The position numbers and the translations under genes were made by a program. A stretch of DNA of 64,000 nucleotides, from NCBI GenBank assembly GCA_964016885.1, contig OZ024740.1, forward strand, positions 322,152,001 through 322,216,000, read 5' to 3'. Shown here one piece after another: positions 11,870 through 24,763 of this stretch (its first letter is position 1; each line of letters begins with the position of its first letter). Source of the DNA: Eledone cirrhosa (Eukaryota). Below the pieces are notes generated by a model. That model was not told the DNA's origin, made no database searches, and worked only from the letters and a program-made list of their open reading frames with translations.

Positions 11870-12185
11870 AGAGGGTCATGGGAGCAGAGTCCTCAAACAC
11901 TCTCTCCAACAGGTCCTGCCAGAAGCAACCATCTCCAACTGATCTGGCTGGATCCCAAAGCATGACCAGCTGAGCTCATGGATGTTATCTAACCATCTTG
12001 CTCGGGGTCCACCACTGGATCTCCTACCAATTGGTTTTGCCCGTAAAATCTGCTCAGCGATTCTTTCCTGAGACATTCTAACCACATGCCATAGCATTGG
12101 AGCTGTAGTCTCTCAGTTCGGAGAAGTAGCTGCTCTACCTGGAGTGACTCTCTGATCTCCGAGCTACGCAGTCTTTTGAGTAACA
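11870..12185 (-). mobile_element. RTE-type LINE ORF C-terminal fragment
   Basis: RSSEIRESLQVEQLL..; WHVVRMSQERIAEQILRAKPIGRRSSGGPRARWLD. This is the GHVxRM..GxRxxGxPxxRWxD pattern of RTE C-termini. Confidence 0.8.
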
Positions 12186-13237
12186 TGAAATATCTTGTAC
12201 ATCTAATATATGTAAAACAATAATTTTAAAATATTTTCTATTTTGAAAATTCTGTTTGTGAGAGTGTGGGGACCTAGTGTTGGTCCAATTCATTCAGCTG
12301 AAAATGAGTACCAGTAATTGCTGGTGGGTCTTAGCATCCTGTCTAGGGAATTATTTTGTACTTTGTCATTTAATATCCATGAAACCAGAATAAGCTCCGA
12401 GCTTTATCTACTCCATGCATGCAATGAAAGAAGACAAAAGTATAATTCACTCACAGTTTTCCGTACAGTTTCAAGGCCTTCATCATTGTCACTTTACCAT
12501 CCATTTTCTCTGCTAGCAAAGGTTGGGCATGTTGTCATGGGTATGTGCATTTTATCATGACACTAAAGCTAAGGAAGATGACACATCCTTGGCATAGCCA
12601 CTCCCTTATGCACCTTTCACACATGAAATCTACTTTCTTTGTCAGCCTACCTGTGATCCCCACTACATCACTTGTGTATCCACTGTCTACACAGGGTCCA
12701 CCATATAGTTTCTACCCACTACTTTTCAGTATGGCTGGTCATCTGATGATATCAGAGCCCTGTCCTCTTTCCTACTTACTAAAATGTTAGTCAAAGCTAT
12801 GTTTACTTTGGGGCCCTTTCATTCCAAGTTTTGTTTCCCTATCTGTTTGGAGCTTCTGCTCAAGTTCTACAGTTTCTGCTGAGAGGGCTAGATCATTAGC
12901 TTACGGGAGTTATGTGGTTTGAACAAGTCAGAGTTATTTCCCTTGGATAATTGTAGTCACTGAATTATTTACACAAAATTTTCAACATTGGTAAAAATAA
13001 TCACACAAAAGAAACAATTTTTTTACTTAATATTGTAGATTGTTTTTTTTTTTTTTTTTTTTGCTTGTTCTCTAAACCTTTTAATATTTGTTTTTTTAAC
13101 AAAGTTGTTTATAAAATAAAAACAGAACACACTATTAAAGGGAACAAAAAAAAATCGAGCAACAAAAGAAAGGGCGAGGTGGAGGGACACTACTATATTA
13201 TAAGATAATATATATTTGTAATAAGAAAAATTCAGGA

Positions 13238-14860
13238 GAGACATTATTTATTTTCATAAGCTTACAAAATTTTGTCGCCTTCAAAATAATGACCTCTTGT
13301 GCAGGTGTCTTCCCCACTCCTGGAAGACCTCCTCCCAGTCCTTCCCAGCAGGAAATTCGCCAATGCTTCTGTCAGCTCCTATGTTGACTTGAATCTAATT
13401 CCCCTGAGGCTATATTTCATGTGTGGGAACAGGAAGAAGTCATAAGGAGCCAGGTCGGAGCTGTAGACTGAGTGTTGTACTACTACTTTTGTTCCCCTGT
13501 TGGTCATCTAGGTGGTCACAAACATTGACTTGTGGTATGGGGAACCACCACTCTCTACTGCTCCATTGCTGTGGTCCCTTCTTCTTCTTCATCTTCTCCC
13601 TGAACCTTTTCAAAACTTCAAGGTAACACTCCTTATTGATGGTTTGATCCTCAGGAACCCATTCAACATGAATTAGCCTCTCTGAGTCTAAGAAAGGAAT
13701 GACCATGGCTTTCTCTTTTGGCCTGCTCATCTTTGACTCCTTGGGCCTAGGGGAGGACATGCATTTCCATTGGGCACTCTGATCATAGGTGAATACCCAA
13801 CTCTTGTCGCAAGTCACTACTTTATTCACGAAACCAGAATCAGCCTCAATCATATCAAGAATGTCAATGTAACATTCCATTTGAATCTGCCTCTGGTCGT
13901 CAGAGAGGATCTTTGACTTGTACTTGTAACAGACTTTCTGGAACTCCAGATCTTTGGTCAGAATTGTGTCCACACCTCCAATACTAATACCAACAGATTC
14001 AGATATCATTGTCACGGTGGTTCAACAGTCTTAGATCACTAACCTTTGCACTTCCTTGATCTTTTCCTCTTTTCATCTGCTATTTGGTATTCCAGATCTA
14101 CATTCATCCTCAACCTGCTCATTTTCTTCAGAAAATTGTTTAAACCATCTGTAGAAACTTGCTTTGCTCATCAATTCACCCCATAGAGCTCCTCTAACAT
14201 TCTATGTGCTTCTTAAGTTTAACACAAAATTTGATGGTTGTAACATTGCTCTGTTTCCTTGCATCTTGCCATATGTTGACAAATTGGATCACACTGTTGC
14301 CATCATGTACACTGCTGTGCTCCAGCCTTGGTAGATAGGAAGTTGCCAGTTACTCACTTTATGCATTATATGTAATTCTACATGAAGTAGCATTCTAATT
14401 GAAAGATATTTAATGCCTCTCCTAAAATGTTCTCATTATTTATTGAATAGGCGGTGGATTGGCAGTATTGGTAGAGTGTCGGATGCCATGCTTTGGCGCA
14501 TAGAGTTACGGCCCTTACCATTCTGAGTTCAAATCCCGCCAAGGTTAACTTTGCCTTTCATCCTTACGGGGTCGATAAAATAAAGTACCAGTAATACACT
14601 GGGTAATTGCTGGCCTTGTGCCTAACGTAGAAACAATTATTTATTGAACATTGGAGGTGAATTGGCAGTATCTGTAGAGGATCAGACACCATACTTTGCA
14701 GCATAGAGTTACGGCCCTTTGCGGCCTGAGTTAAAATCCCAGAGGTTAACTTTGCCTTTCATCCTTATGGGGTCGATAAAATAAAGTACCAGTAATGTAC
14801 TGGGACAGTTGTTGGCCTTGTGCCAAAAGTAGAAACAATTATTTATTGAATAACCTCATA
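13238..14860 (-). mobile_element. Decayed mariner transposon, with two SINEs inserted in its TIR
   Basis: ORF 13440-14015(-) contains VVTCDKSWVFTYD..SAQW..SPRPK..IHVEWVPEDQTINKECYLEVLKR, followed by a shifted YSPDLAP-like motif. A TIR-like tatgaggttattcaataaataatgag is restored once the SINEs are removed. Confidence 0.85.
14450..14845 (+). mobile_element. Head-to-tail pair of SINE A copies (14450-14640, 14653-14845)
   Basis: Two full consensus matches. attatttattgaa(t/c)a occurs at 14435, 14636 and 14838. Confidence 0.9.
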
Positions 14861-14957
14861 TATTAACATATATTTATATATATTATCATATGATATTTAA
14901 AAAAATATATTGACTTAAAATTCTTGTTTCAATAGAATTTTACTCTAAATTATTTGT

Positions 14958-15190
14958 TTAACCCTTTCATTATTATATTTCTAATGAAATGCACTGCCTA
15001 TGGCATTTATTATTAATTTTGAAAATGATCAAGAATATGTAGAGAATTTGTAAAATAAATAACTTTCTCATTATTAGTGTCTGGTACATAACTTTGGAGG
15101 TTTTTATATAAAATTATAATGGAAGATTTATATTTAAATATGAACTCTTTAAACAAACATTTTTTTTTTATTGTAGTATCATTGGAGTTA
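14958..15190 (+). mobile_element. TTAA-targeting (piggyBac-type) MITE, partial copy
   Basis: Begins ttaa-ccctttcatt..ctaatgaaat. Same family as 26100-26287 and 32097-32748. Confidence 0.6.
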
Positions 15191-16227
15191 ATATCAAGTG
15201 TTAATTAAATATTCATAGCAATCACAATTTATAGGTACTTTGGATATATCATCTCTTTACACCCAATTTTCCATGATTGCATGGGTTGGATGAGATATTT
15301 CAAAAACTGGGATACATTATAAAATGATGCTCAGGGACGTCTTAATTGTATGCCCCTAAAACTCAAGTATAAGGTCTAGTACTGTGAAATGTGAGCAAAT
15401 AACACATTTTAGATATGTAAAAGCAGGTGAAATATGAAATAAAGGCATCAAATTAATATAAAATCAGCCATATAAGTTTTGTTCAAGTATACGCATAAAA
15501 TTTCAAGGTCATAAATTTCTCAGCCTTTTGATCTAGGGAGAAACTAAATGCAGATTTTGGATGGGTATTGTGCTCAGTAGCCATATTGAATGGGGAACCC
15601 TAGATTCCCCCACCACTTGCCCTGATATGGTTGCTCAGGGCCATCAAATAATTTGCTCCCAACTCTGCACACCATCGCCACTGAGTTTAGAAGGGCAGTG
15701 ATGTTGACTTACATAGGTTATAAACAGCAGATTTCATTAGTGTTGGCTAGAAATCTATAGATATATTCTATAATACAATATGAGCTACCATCTCATCTTT
15801 GAAATAATATCTGGACCTCACATACATGACGTTCATCATCATCATCATCCTATATCCACTTTTCCCTGCTTGCAAGGGTGGGATGAGTCCTCTTCAGCAC
15901 AGCATTTCTCCATTTGTCATGTTCCCTCATCATCTCCTTTGTGAGCTTCAGCAATCTGAGGTCAGTTCTCACCACCTCCGCCCATGTTTTTCGTGGTCTT
16001 CCTCTACTGCATCTTCTTTCCTTGTGTGTTTAAATTGTGACTGGCTAACAATATTTGGATCAAACATCTGAGGTTGCCATGCATGGGTAGTCTCTTTATA
16101 AATGCTGTGTCTGTACTGCTGGACCCAGCTCAACTCTTCTTAGGTGAACGCTGACACAAGTCGAAATATTTTAGCATTAAAAACATTTTTATAAATGACT
16201 AACCTTAATGTTTCTAATCTATTGCAG

Positions 16228-16470
16228 CTCTTGGTCTAAATTTGAAAATCTGCATTGAACCATCATTGTTCGAATGGCTGGGTTGGTACCAATTAGGACT
16301 CCCGATATGGTTTACACCTGATGAACTTATTGATCACGGCTACGCTGTTGATCGGAACTATATTTCATATATGGTTCCCACTCAGTTATACCTAGATGAG
16401 ACGGTGGAGCACTTTTATTCTAGATGTGCAGATTTTACTCGTTATATCCTTAAAAAACACGAACATGAAG
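16228..16470 (+). CDS. UBASH3B: UBASH3/STS-like exon
   Basis: ttgcag|(A)LGLNLKICIEPSLFEWLGWYQLGLPIWFTPDEL...DETVEHFYSRCADFTRYILKKHEHE-|gtaagt. Contains the family EPxLFEW motif; phase 1 to phase 1. Confidence 0.95.
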
Positions 16471-16593
16471 GTAAGTATTACACACTCATATATATATACA
16501 TATATATATACATATATATATATATCATCATCATCATCGTCTATCTTCCATGCTAGCATATATATATTCGTTGTTACTTTTTGTTATTATTAA

Positions 16594-16815
16594 GGGCGGT
16601 GGGTTGGTAGTATTGGTAGAGCGTCGGACACCCTGCTTTGTAGCACAGAGTTACGGCCCTTTACATTCTGATTTTGAATCCTGCCAAGGTTAGCTTTGCC
16701 TTTCATCCTTACAGGGTCGATAAAATAAAGTACCAGTCACTCACTGGGGTCGATTTAATATCGACTTTCCCCTCCCCAAAAATTGTTGGCCTTGTGCCTA
16801 TATAAGAAACCATTA
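16594..16815 (+). mobile_element. SINE family A copy
   Basis: Consensus match. Its tail runs directly into the GTT/GGT array. Confidence 0.88.
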
Positions 16816-19352
16816 TTGTTGGTGCTGTTGCTGTTGCTGTTGTTGCTGTTGTTGTTGGTGGTGGTGGTGGTTGTTGGTGGTGGTTGTGTTGTTGTTGTTG
16901 GTGGTGGTGGTGGTGTTTGTGATGTTGTTGGTGGCTGTGATGTTGTTGTTGGTGGTGGTGGTTGTGATGTTGTTGTTGTTGGTGGTGGTTGTGATGTTGT
17001 TGTTGGTGGTGGTGGTTGTGGTTGTGATGTTGGTGGTGGTTGTGATGTTGTTGGTGGTGGTGGTGGTGGTTGTGATGTTGGTGGTGGTGGTTGTGATGTT
17101 GTTGTTGTTGGTGGTGGTGGTTGTGATGTTGTTGGTGGTTGTGATGTTGTTGGTGGTTGTGATGTTGTTGGTGGTGGTGGTGGTTGTGATGTTGTTGTTG
17201 GTGGTGGTGGTTGTGATGTTGTTGTTGGAGGTTGTGATGTTGTTGGTGGTGGTGGTGGTTGTGATGTTGTTGGTGGTGGTTGTGATGTTGTTGTTGGTGG
17301 TGGTTGTGATGTTGTTGTTGGTGGTGGTGGTTGTGATGTTGTTGGTGGTGGTGGTTGTGATGTTGTTGTTGGTGGTTGTGATGTTGTTGTTGGTGGTGGT
17401 GGTGGTTGTGATGTTGGTGGTGGTGGTTGTGATGTTGTTGGTGGTGGTGGTTGTGATGTTGTTGGTGGTGGTGGTGGTGATGTTGTTGTTGGTGGTTGTG
17501 ATGTTGTTGGTGGTGGTGGTTGTGATGTTGTTGGTGGTGGTGGTTGTGATGTTGTTGGTGGTGGTGGTTGTGATGTTGTTGTTGGTGGTTGTGATGTTGT
17601 TGTTGGTGGTGGTGGTGGTTGTGATGTTGGTGGTGGTGGTTGTGATGTTGTTGGTGGTGGTGGTTGTGATGTTGTTGTTGTTGGTGGTTGTGATGATGTT
17701 GTTGGTGGTGGTTGTGATGTTGTTGTTGGTGGTGGTGGTTGTGATGTTGTTGTTGGTGGTTGTGATGTTGTTGTTGGTGGTGGTGGTGGTTGTGATGTTG
17801 GTGGTGGTGGTTGTGATGTTGTTGGTGGTGGTGGTTGTGATGTTGTTGTTGTTGGTGGTTGTGATGATGTTGTTGGTGGTGGTTGTGATGTTGTTGTTGG
17901 TGGTGGTGGTTGTGATGTTGGTGGTGGTGGTTGTGATGTTGTTGTTGTTGTTGGTGGTGGTTGTGATGTTGTTGGTGGTGGTGGTTGTGATGTTGTTGGT
18001 GGTGGTGGTTGTGATGTTGTTGGTGGTGGTGGTGGTTGTGATGTTGGTGGTGGTGGTTGTGATGTTGTTGGTGGTGGTTGTGATGTTGGTGGTGGTGGTT
18101 GTGATGTTGTTGTTGTTGGTGGTTGTGATGATGTTGGTGGTGGTGGTTGTGATGTTGTTGGTGGTGGTTGTGATGTTGTTGTTGGTGGTGGTGGTTGTGA
18201 TGTTGGTGGTGGTGGTTGTGATGTTGTTGTTGTTGGTGGTTGTGATGATGTTGGTGGTGGTGGTTGTGATGTTGTTGGTGGTGGTGGTTGTGATGTTGGT
18301 GGTGGTGGTTGTGATGTTGTTGTTGTTGTTGGTGGTGGTTGTGATGTTGTTGGTGGTGGTGGTTGTGATGTTGGTGGTGGTGGTTGTGATGTTGTTGGTG
18401 GTTGTGATGTTGTTGGTGGTGGTGGTTGTGATGTTGTTGTTGGTGGTTGTGATGTTGTTGTTGGTGGTGGTTGTGATGTTGTTGTTGGTGGTGGTGGTTG
18501 TGATGTTGTTGTTGGTGGTTGTGATGTTGTTGTTGGTGGTGGTGGTGGTTGTGATGTTGGTGGTGGTGGTTGTGATGTTGTTGGTGGTGGTGGTTGTGAT
18601 GTTGTTGTTGTTGGTGGTTGTGATGATGTTGTTGGTGGTGGTTGTGATGTTGTTGTTGGTGGTGGTGGTTGTGATGTTGGTGGTGGTGGTTGTGATGTTG
18701 TTGTTGTTGTTGGTGGTGGTTGTGATGTTGTTGTTGGTGGTGGTTGTGATGTTGTTGGTGGTGGTGGTTGTGATGTTGTTGTTGGTGGTGGTGGTTGTGA
18801 TGTTGTTGTTGGTGGTTGTGATGTTGTTGGTGGTGGTGGTTGTGATGTTGTTGTTGGTGGTGGTGGTTGTGATGTTGGTGGTGGTGGTGGTTGTGATGTT
18901 GTTGTTGGTGGTTGTGATGTTGTTGTTGGTGGTGGTTGTGATGTTGTTGTTGGTGGTGGTGGTTGTGATGTTGTTGTTGGTGGTGGTGGTTGTGATGTTG
19001 TTGGTGGTGGTGGTTGTGATGTTGTTGTTGTTGGTTGTGATGTTGTTGGTGGTTGTGATGTTGTTGTTGGTGGTGGTGGTTGTGATGTTGTTGTTGTTGT
19101 TGTTGGTTGTGATGTTGTTGGTGGTGGTGGTTGTGATGTTGGTGGTGGTGGTGGTTGTGATGTTGTTGGTGGTGGTGGTTGTGATGTTGGTGGTTGTGAT
19201 GTTGTTGTTGTTGTTGTTGGTTGTGATGTTGGTGGTGGTGGTTGTGATGTTGTTGGTGGTGGTGGTGGTGGTTGTGATGTTGTTGTTGTTGGTGGTGGTT
19301 GTGATGTTGTTGTTGTTGGTGGTGGTTGTGATGTTGGTGGTGGTGGTTGTGA

Positions 19353-19385
<33 letters not shown>

Positions 19386-20900
19386 TGATGTTGTTGTTGT
19401 TGGTGGTGGTTGTGATGTTGTTGGTGGTGGTTGTGATGTTGTTGTTGTTGGTGGTGGTTGTGATGTTGTTGTTGGTGGTGGTGGTTGTGATGTTGGTGGT
19501 GGTGGTTGTGATGTTGTTGTTGTTGTTGGTGGTGGTTGTGATGTTGGTGGTGGTGGTTGTGATGTTGTTGTTGTTGGTGGTGGTTGTGATGTTGGTGGTG
19601 GTGGTTGTGATGTTGTTGGTGGTGGTTGTGATGTTGTTGTTGTTGGTGGTTGTGATGTTGGTGGTGGTGGTTGTGATGTTGTTGTTGGTGGTGGTTGTGA
19701 TGTTGTTGTTGTTGGTGGTTGTGATGTTGTTGTTGGTGGTGGTTGTGATGTTGGTGGTTGTGATGTTGTTGTTGGTGGTGGTTGTGATGTTGGTGGTGGT
19801 GGTTGTGATGTTGTTGTTGGTGGTGGTTGTGATGTTGTTGTTGGTGGTGGTTGTGATGTTGTTGGTGGTGGTTGTGATGTTGTTGTTGTTGGTGGTGGTT
19901 GTGATGTTGTTGTTGTTGGTGGTGGTTGTGATGTTGTTGGTGGTGGTGGTTATGATGTTGTTGTGGTTGCGATGTTGTTGTTGTTGTTGTGGTCGTGATG
20001 TTGTTGTTGTTAGTGGTGGTGGTGGCTGTGATGTTGTTGTTAGTGGTGGTGGTGGTGGCTGTGATGTTGTTGTTAGTGGTGGTGGTGGCTGCGATGTTGT
20101 TGTTAGTGGTGGTGGTGGCTGTGATGTTGTTGTTAGTGGTGGTGGTGGTGGCTGTGATGTTGTTGTTAGTGGTGGTGGTGGCTGTGATGTTGTTGTTAGT
20201 GGTGGTGGTGGTGGCTGTGATGTTGTTGTTAGTGGTGGTGGTGGTGGCTGTGATGTTGTTGTTAGTGGTGGTGGTGGTGGCTGTGATGTTGTTGTTAGTG
20301 GTGGTGGTGGTGGCTGTGATGTTGTTGTTAGTGGTGGTGGTGGTGGTGGCTGTGATGTTGTTGTTAGTGGTGGTGGCTGTGATGTTGTTGTTAGTGGTGG
20401 TGGTGGCTGTGATGTTGTTGTTAGTGGTGGTGGTGGCTGTGATGTTGTTGTTAGTGGTGGTGGTGGCTGTGATGTTGTTGTTGGTGGTGGTGGTTGTGAT
20501 GATGTTGTTGGTGGTGCTGGTGGCTGTGATGTTGTTGTTGGTGGTGGTGGTGGTGGCTGTGATGTTGTTGTTAGTGGTAGTGGTGGTGGCTGTGATGTTG
20601 TTGTTAGTGGTGGTGGTGGTGGCTGTGATGTTGTTGTTAGTGGTGGTGGTGGCTGTGATGTTGTTGTTGGTGGTGGTGGTGGTGGCTGTGATGTTGTTGT
20701 TAGTGGTGGTGGTGGTGGCTGTGATGTTGTTGTTAGTGGTGGTGGTGGTGGCTGTGATGTTGTTGTTAGTGGTGGTGGTGGCTGTGATGTTGTTGTTAGT
20801 GGTGGTGGTGGCTGTGATGTTGTTGGTGGTGGTGGTGGTTGTGATGATGTTGTTTGTGGTGGTGGTGGCTGTGATGATGTTGTTGGTGGTGGTTGTTGAA
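16816..20900. repeat. ~4-kb compound (GGT)n-TGT-GAT-(GTT)n trinucleotide array, intronic
   Basis: Visible. It explains the >1000-aa low-complexity ORFs on both strands. Confidence 0.98.
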
Positions 20901-21182
20901 GCAGTAGTTGGTGTTTGTGATGGTGGTGTTGGTGGTGGTACAATCATTGTTGTTGGTAGTTGTGTTCCTGAAAATGTTACAGTGAATAAATTTATGAAAA
21001 ATGTAAGAAATTAATAACATAATTTTATACATGCATCCAGTTTGTTTGTAACTATCATCATCATCATCACAACTATCACCACCTCCACCATCATCATCAG
21101 CAGCTACATCGCCATCATCGTCCCTACCACTGTCATCATCATCATCAGCTCATCCAACCCATGACTGCAGGTAAAAACAGAC

Positions 21183-21730
21183 ATGATGACAATGATGGTG
21201 ATGACGACGATGAGGATGATGATAATGGTGATAGTGATGAGGATGATGATGATAATGGTGATAGTGATGGTAATGATAATGGTGAAGAGGATAATGACAA
21301 TTGTGGTGATGGTGGTGATGGTGATAATGGTGATGGTGATAATGGTGATGGTGGTGGTGGTGATGGTGGTGATGATAATGGTGATGGTGATAATGATAAT
21401 GGTGATAATGTTAATGGTGGTGATGGTGGTGGTGGTGGTGATGGTTATGGTGGAAATGGTGGTGGTGGTGGTGATGATAATGGTGATGGTGATAATGATA
21501 ATGGTGATAATGTTAATGGTGATGATGATGGTGGTGGTGGTGATGGTGGTGGTGGTGGTGGTGGTGGTGATAATGATAAAGGTGATAATGTTAATGGTGG
21601 TGATGGTGGTGGTGATGATAATGATGATGGTGGTGGTGGTGGTGATGATAATGGTGATGGTGATAATGATAATGGTGATAATGTTAATGGTGGTGATGGT
21701 GATAATGGTGATGATGATGATAATGATGTT
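21183..21730. repeat. GAT/GGT/AAT compound trinucleotide repeat
   Basis: Visible. It lies just upstream of the last-exon acceptor. Confidence 0.95.
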
Positions 21731-21782
21731 TAATTTATGCTGTTTTATTTCACTGAAATCCTTGTTTTTCTCTCTATTTCAG

Positions 21783-22024
21783 ATGTCTGTAATATCCTAA
21801 TAGTCGGTCATGCCGGTAGTTTAGATGTGTGTACACGACAGCTACTAGGGAAAGCTCCCCGTTCTGTGGGAGGATTCCATGAAATTCTTCCATACGTTCC
21901 ATGTTGTTCCATGTGTTGCTGTGTTGAAGATCCTCTCACTAAAAAATGGAAAATGAAGGAACCACCTGTTCCTCCTATCACACATGTAGCTAACAAAAAA
22001 TATAACTGGAAAACGCTAATATAA
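21783..22024 (+). CDS. UBASH3B: UBASH3/STS-like last coding exon
   Basis: ctatttcag|(D)VCNILIVGHAGSLDVCTRQLLGK...WKMKEPPVPPITHVANKKYNWKTLI*. Matches the Sts-1 C-terminal NILIVxHAxSL...PPxxPxTH...NW pattern. Stop TAA at 22022-22024. Confidence 0.95.
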
Positions 22025-23014
22025 AATTAAAGTAAGTTCTCACATCATGTAAAACCTAAATTTGGTTTAATGCTACAGGAATGGCATGGGTGAGCTGTCT
22101 AATTTTAAAAGCCAAGTCAATATTTTTTTTGTTTCGGCTGCTTTCATTTCATGATTTTCGTTTCTAAACAATCATGGAAGTTTCTAAGATGAAAAAATTT
22201 TAAAAAATGAAAATCCACCAAAGAACCAGTGGGTTTGCCAGGTCTGTAAATCTATAAAATTAAATCTATTTTTTAGAAGATTGTCAAGACATATAAATTC
22301 TCTTTTGTTTTATTTTTATTTTTAGACCAAAAAAATTTTTTTTTGTCTTCAAAATTTTCCAAATTCTTTTTCAAATTCTCTGATTCAGTCAAAATTGTAT
22401 CCTCACCCCCCTTTTCTGAAATATTATATATAAGTAGGTTATATTTAAAACCACAATGCCCAACGTTTTCCATTGCAGTTCAGGAATGTTTTTTTTTTTT
22501 ATTCCTTGTTTTTTTTTGTTTTTTTTTAAGCAATATTTTTTTTTTAAACTGTTGCATTAAACACTCTGTAATTATTTATAATTAATAAGTAATTTTAAAA
22601 TTCTATTTTTTTTTTTTTTCTCTCTCAAAAAAAAAACTTCCTATTTAAGTTCTGCATGAAATCCCTGTAAATATAAGACTGTGAGAAAGGTTTGAGGGCC
22701 GAAGTTGTAGAGATTGTGCTTCGCATATGTATCATGTGTCCAAACTTATGGAAAGATACACAAGAAAATGTATTATTACAGTTTTCATAGTCAATATTTT
22801 TATAAAATTCTTCTACTTCATATTTTCTTTAATTTTTATCAATTTTCTTTTTCTTTTTTTCGCTCCCTGATTATCTTTCACCACTTCATCTCTAGATTTG
22901 TTTTTGTTGTTGTTTATTGATATTATTTTGTATTTCTTCTTTCTTTCTATTTCCCTCTCCCTCACTAGTGTTTACTGTAAATGGCAGTGAGTTAATACAA
23001 ACATTCAAACTCAT

Positions 23015-23465
23015 TTGTTACTGTATTTCTAACAAAAGACATTGCTTATGATTTTCAAATATTTTTGAAAATAAACCAGAATTTAGATTGATTTAGTAAT
23101 ATAGCTAGCTTTCTCATTACTAAGCTGATATTTGGAACATAACAAAGGTTCTTACATAGAATTGTGATGGAAGGTTTTTAGATAAATAAAAATACTTTAA
23201 CTATTTTGTTACTATATATCTAATGAAAGACACTGTCTATGGTTTTCAAATAATTTTGAAAATAATCAAGAATTTGAAGTGATTTAGTAATATAACTAAT
23301 TTTCTTATAATACATATGGTGTTTGGAGCATTGCCTAAAGTTTCATTAGATAGAATTTTGATGAAAAATTTTAAAATAAATAGAAACACTTTAAAGAAAA
23401 TAAGTTTGTATCATAGAACCAGGGGTGATTTCAGGTGGTTTGGTATCAAAAACATTAAGGGTTAG
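23015..23465 (+). mobile_element. piggyBac-type MITE with a duplicated left segment
   Basis: Two tandem copies of the ~190-bp left part, then the right part (tcatagaaccagg..tttggtatcaaa). Confidence 0.6.
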
Positions 23466-24353
23466 AATGTAAGTTCAGGATCTCTTAGTAAGCAGCTGTA
23501 TTATGTCCAAAGACTTCTCAACATTGACATAGCTCTGTGAATGATTGGTAGGGAGTTTGATAGGTAGAATAAAGTATATGACCATTCTGCAAAAGACTTA
23601 ACACATTATCTATCTGTTATATTCTACATAGAATCATTATGGCAAGGTTTTTCTATCACCAACCACTTTACTGTGTGGACTAGATGCATTCTGTCATGCC
23701 ACTATCACTAGAGTCCTCACTGCTCTCTTTATTCGGTAACTGCTCCCCTATAGAGGCAGCCTTTCATATGGTTTACAAAATCCATGTACTCCCTGTGTAG
23801 TCATATATCAGAATAAATGCTCTTCTAGACAGGCTACCTTCATTGTGGTTCACAGAACCCACATCTGCATCATGAATGTGGCACTTGTAAGCCCTATTTA
23901 AACTATTGTTTCATAGGCTGGTTTAAATTCTCTTCCAGAATAGTTCCTATAGAAAGAAGTTACATCATTCCATGATGTTTTTATACATTAAAGATGTCAG
24001 TAGAACTCAGTCAAGTGACTGTCATAACATTATGTTGTAAGGATATTACTTAAAGACTTTTTGTCTTTGTCAAGTTAATCTTGATCTACTAGCCTTGTTA
24101 AGCTTATATATTGATGTTAATGTTGGGTTGTAGATTTATGGGTATAAAAATAACAACAAATATTTATTGATGAGGTGACTTGATACATGACACAGTCATA
24201 TTTATTACATACTGTATGTATCTTGGTTGACTAGCATTGGAGTTTTGAGACACCAACCACTTATTCATCCAGTGTGTGTGTGTGTTTATATATATATATA
24301 AACTTCGTTTTTGAATTTGTTTTTCTTGTCTGAAAACGTGTGTTGAAACAGAT

Positions 24354-24719
24354 ATTATTATACTTTGGGAGGGTCATGCTGGCAATAAAAACACACGCAC
24401 CTGTTGGTTTTCACTTCAATTTATTATACATTTCCAGTCGGTTGGTTCGATAACCAGATGTTTGTTTATATATTGTCAAAGCTCTTTTGTGACACATTCT
24501 ATGACCTACTCAGTGACTGGGTTTTTATTTTGTGTCTCTCCTTTGTTCTGTCTGGTGTAGGACAGAACAAAGGAGAGACACAAAATTAAAGACCTTTGAC
24601 AATATATAAACAACCATCCGGTTATCAAATCAACCAACAGAAAATTTATAATAAATTGAAGTGAAAACCAACAGGTGTATGTGTTTTTATTGGCAGCATG
24701 ACCCTCCCAAAGTATAACA

Positions 24720-24722
<3 letters not shown>
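24354..24722. repeat. Nested fold-back element (~135-bp arms plus an inner 26-bp hairpin)
   Basis: ttatactttgggagggtcatgctg...tgtcaaag versus ctttgaca...cagcatgaccctcccaaagtataa. Inner hairpin attttgtgtctctcctttgttctgtc / gacagaacaaaggagagacacaaaat. Confidence 0.9.

Positions 24723-24763
<41 letters not shown>

Noticed and set aside
16709-21800. Mucin-like, poly-His/Gln, Gly/Val-rich and acidic ORFs of up to 1412 aa
   Set aside because: Trinucleotide arrays open in several frames on both strands inside an intron, with no unique domain.
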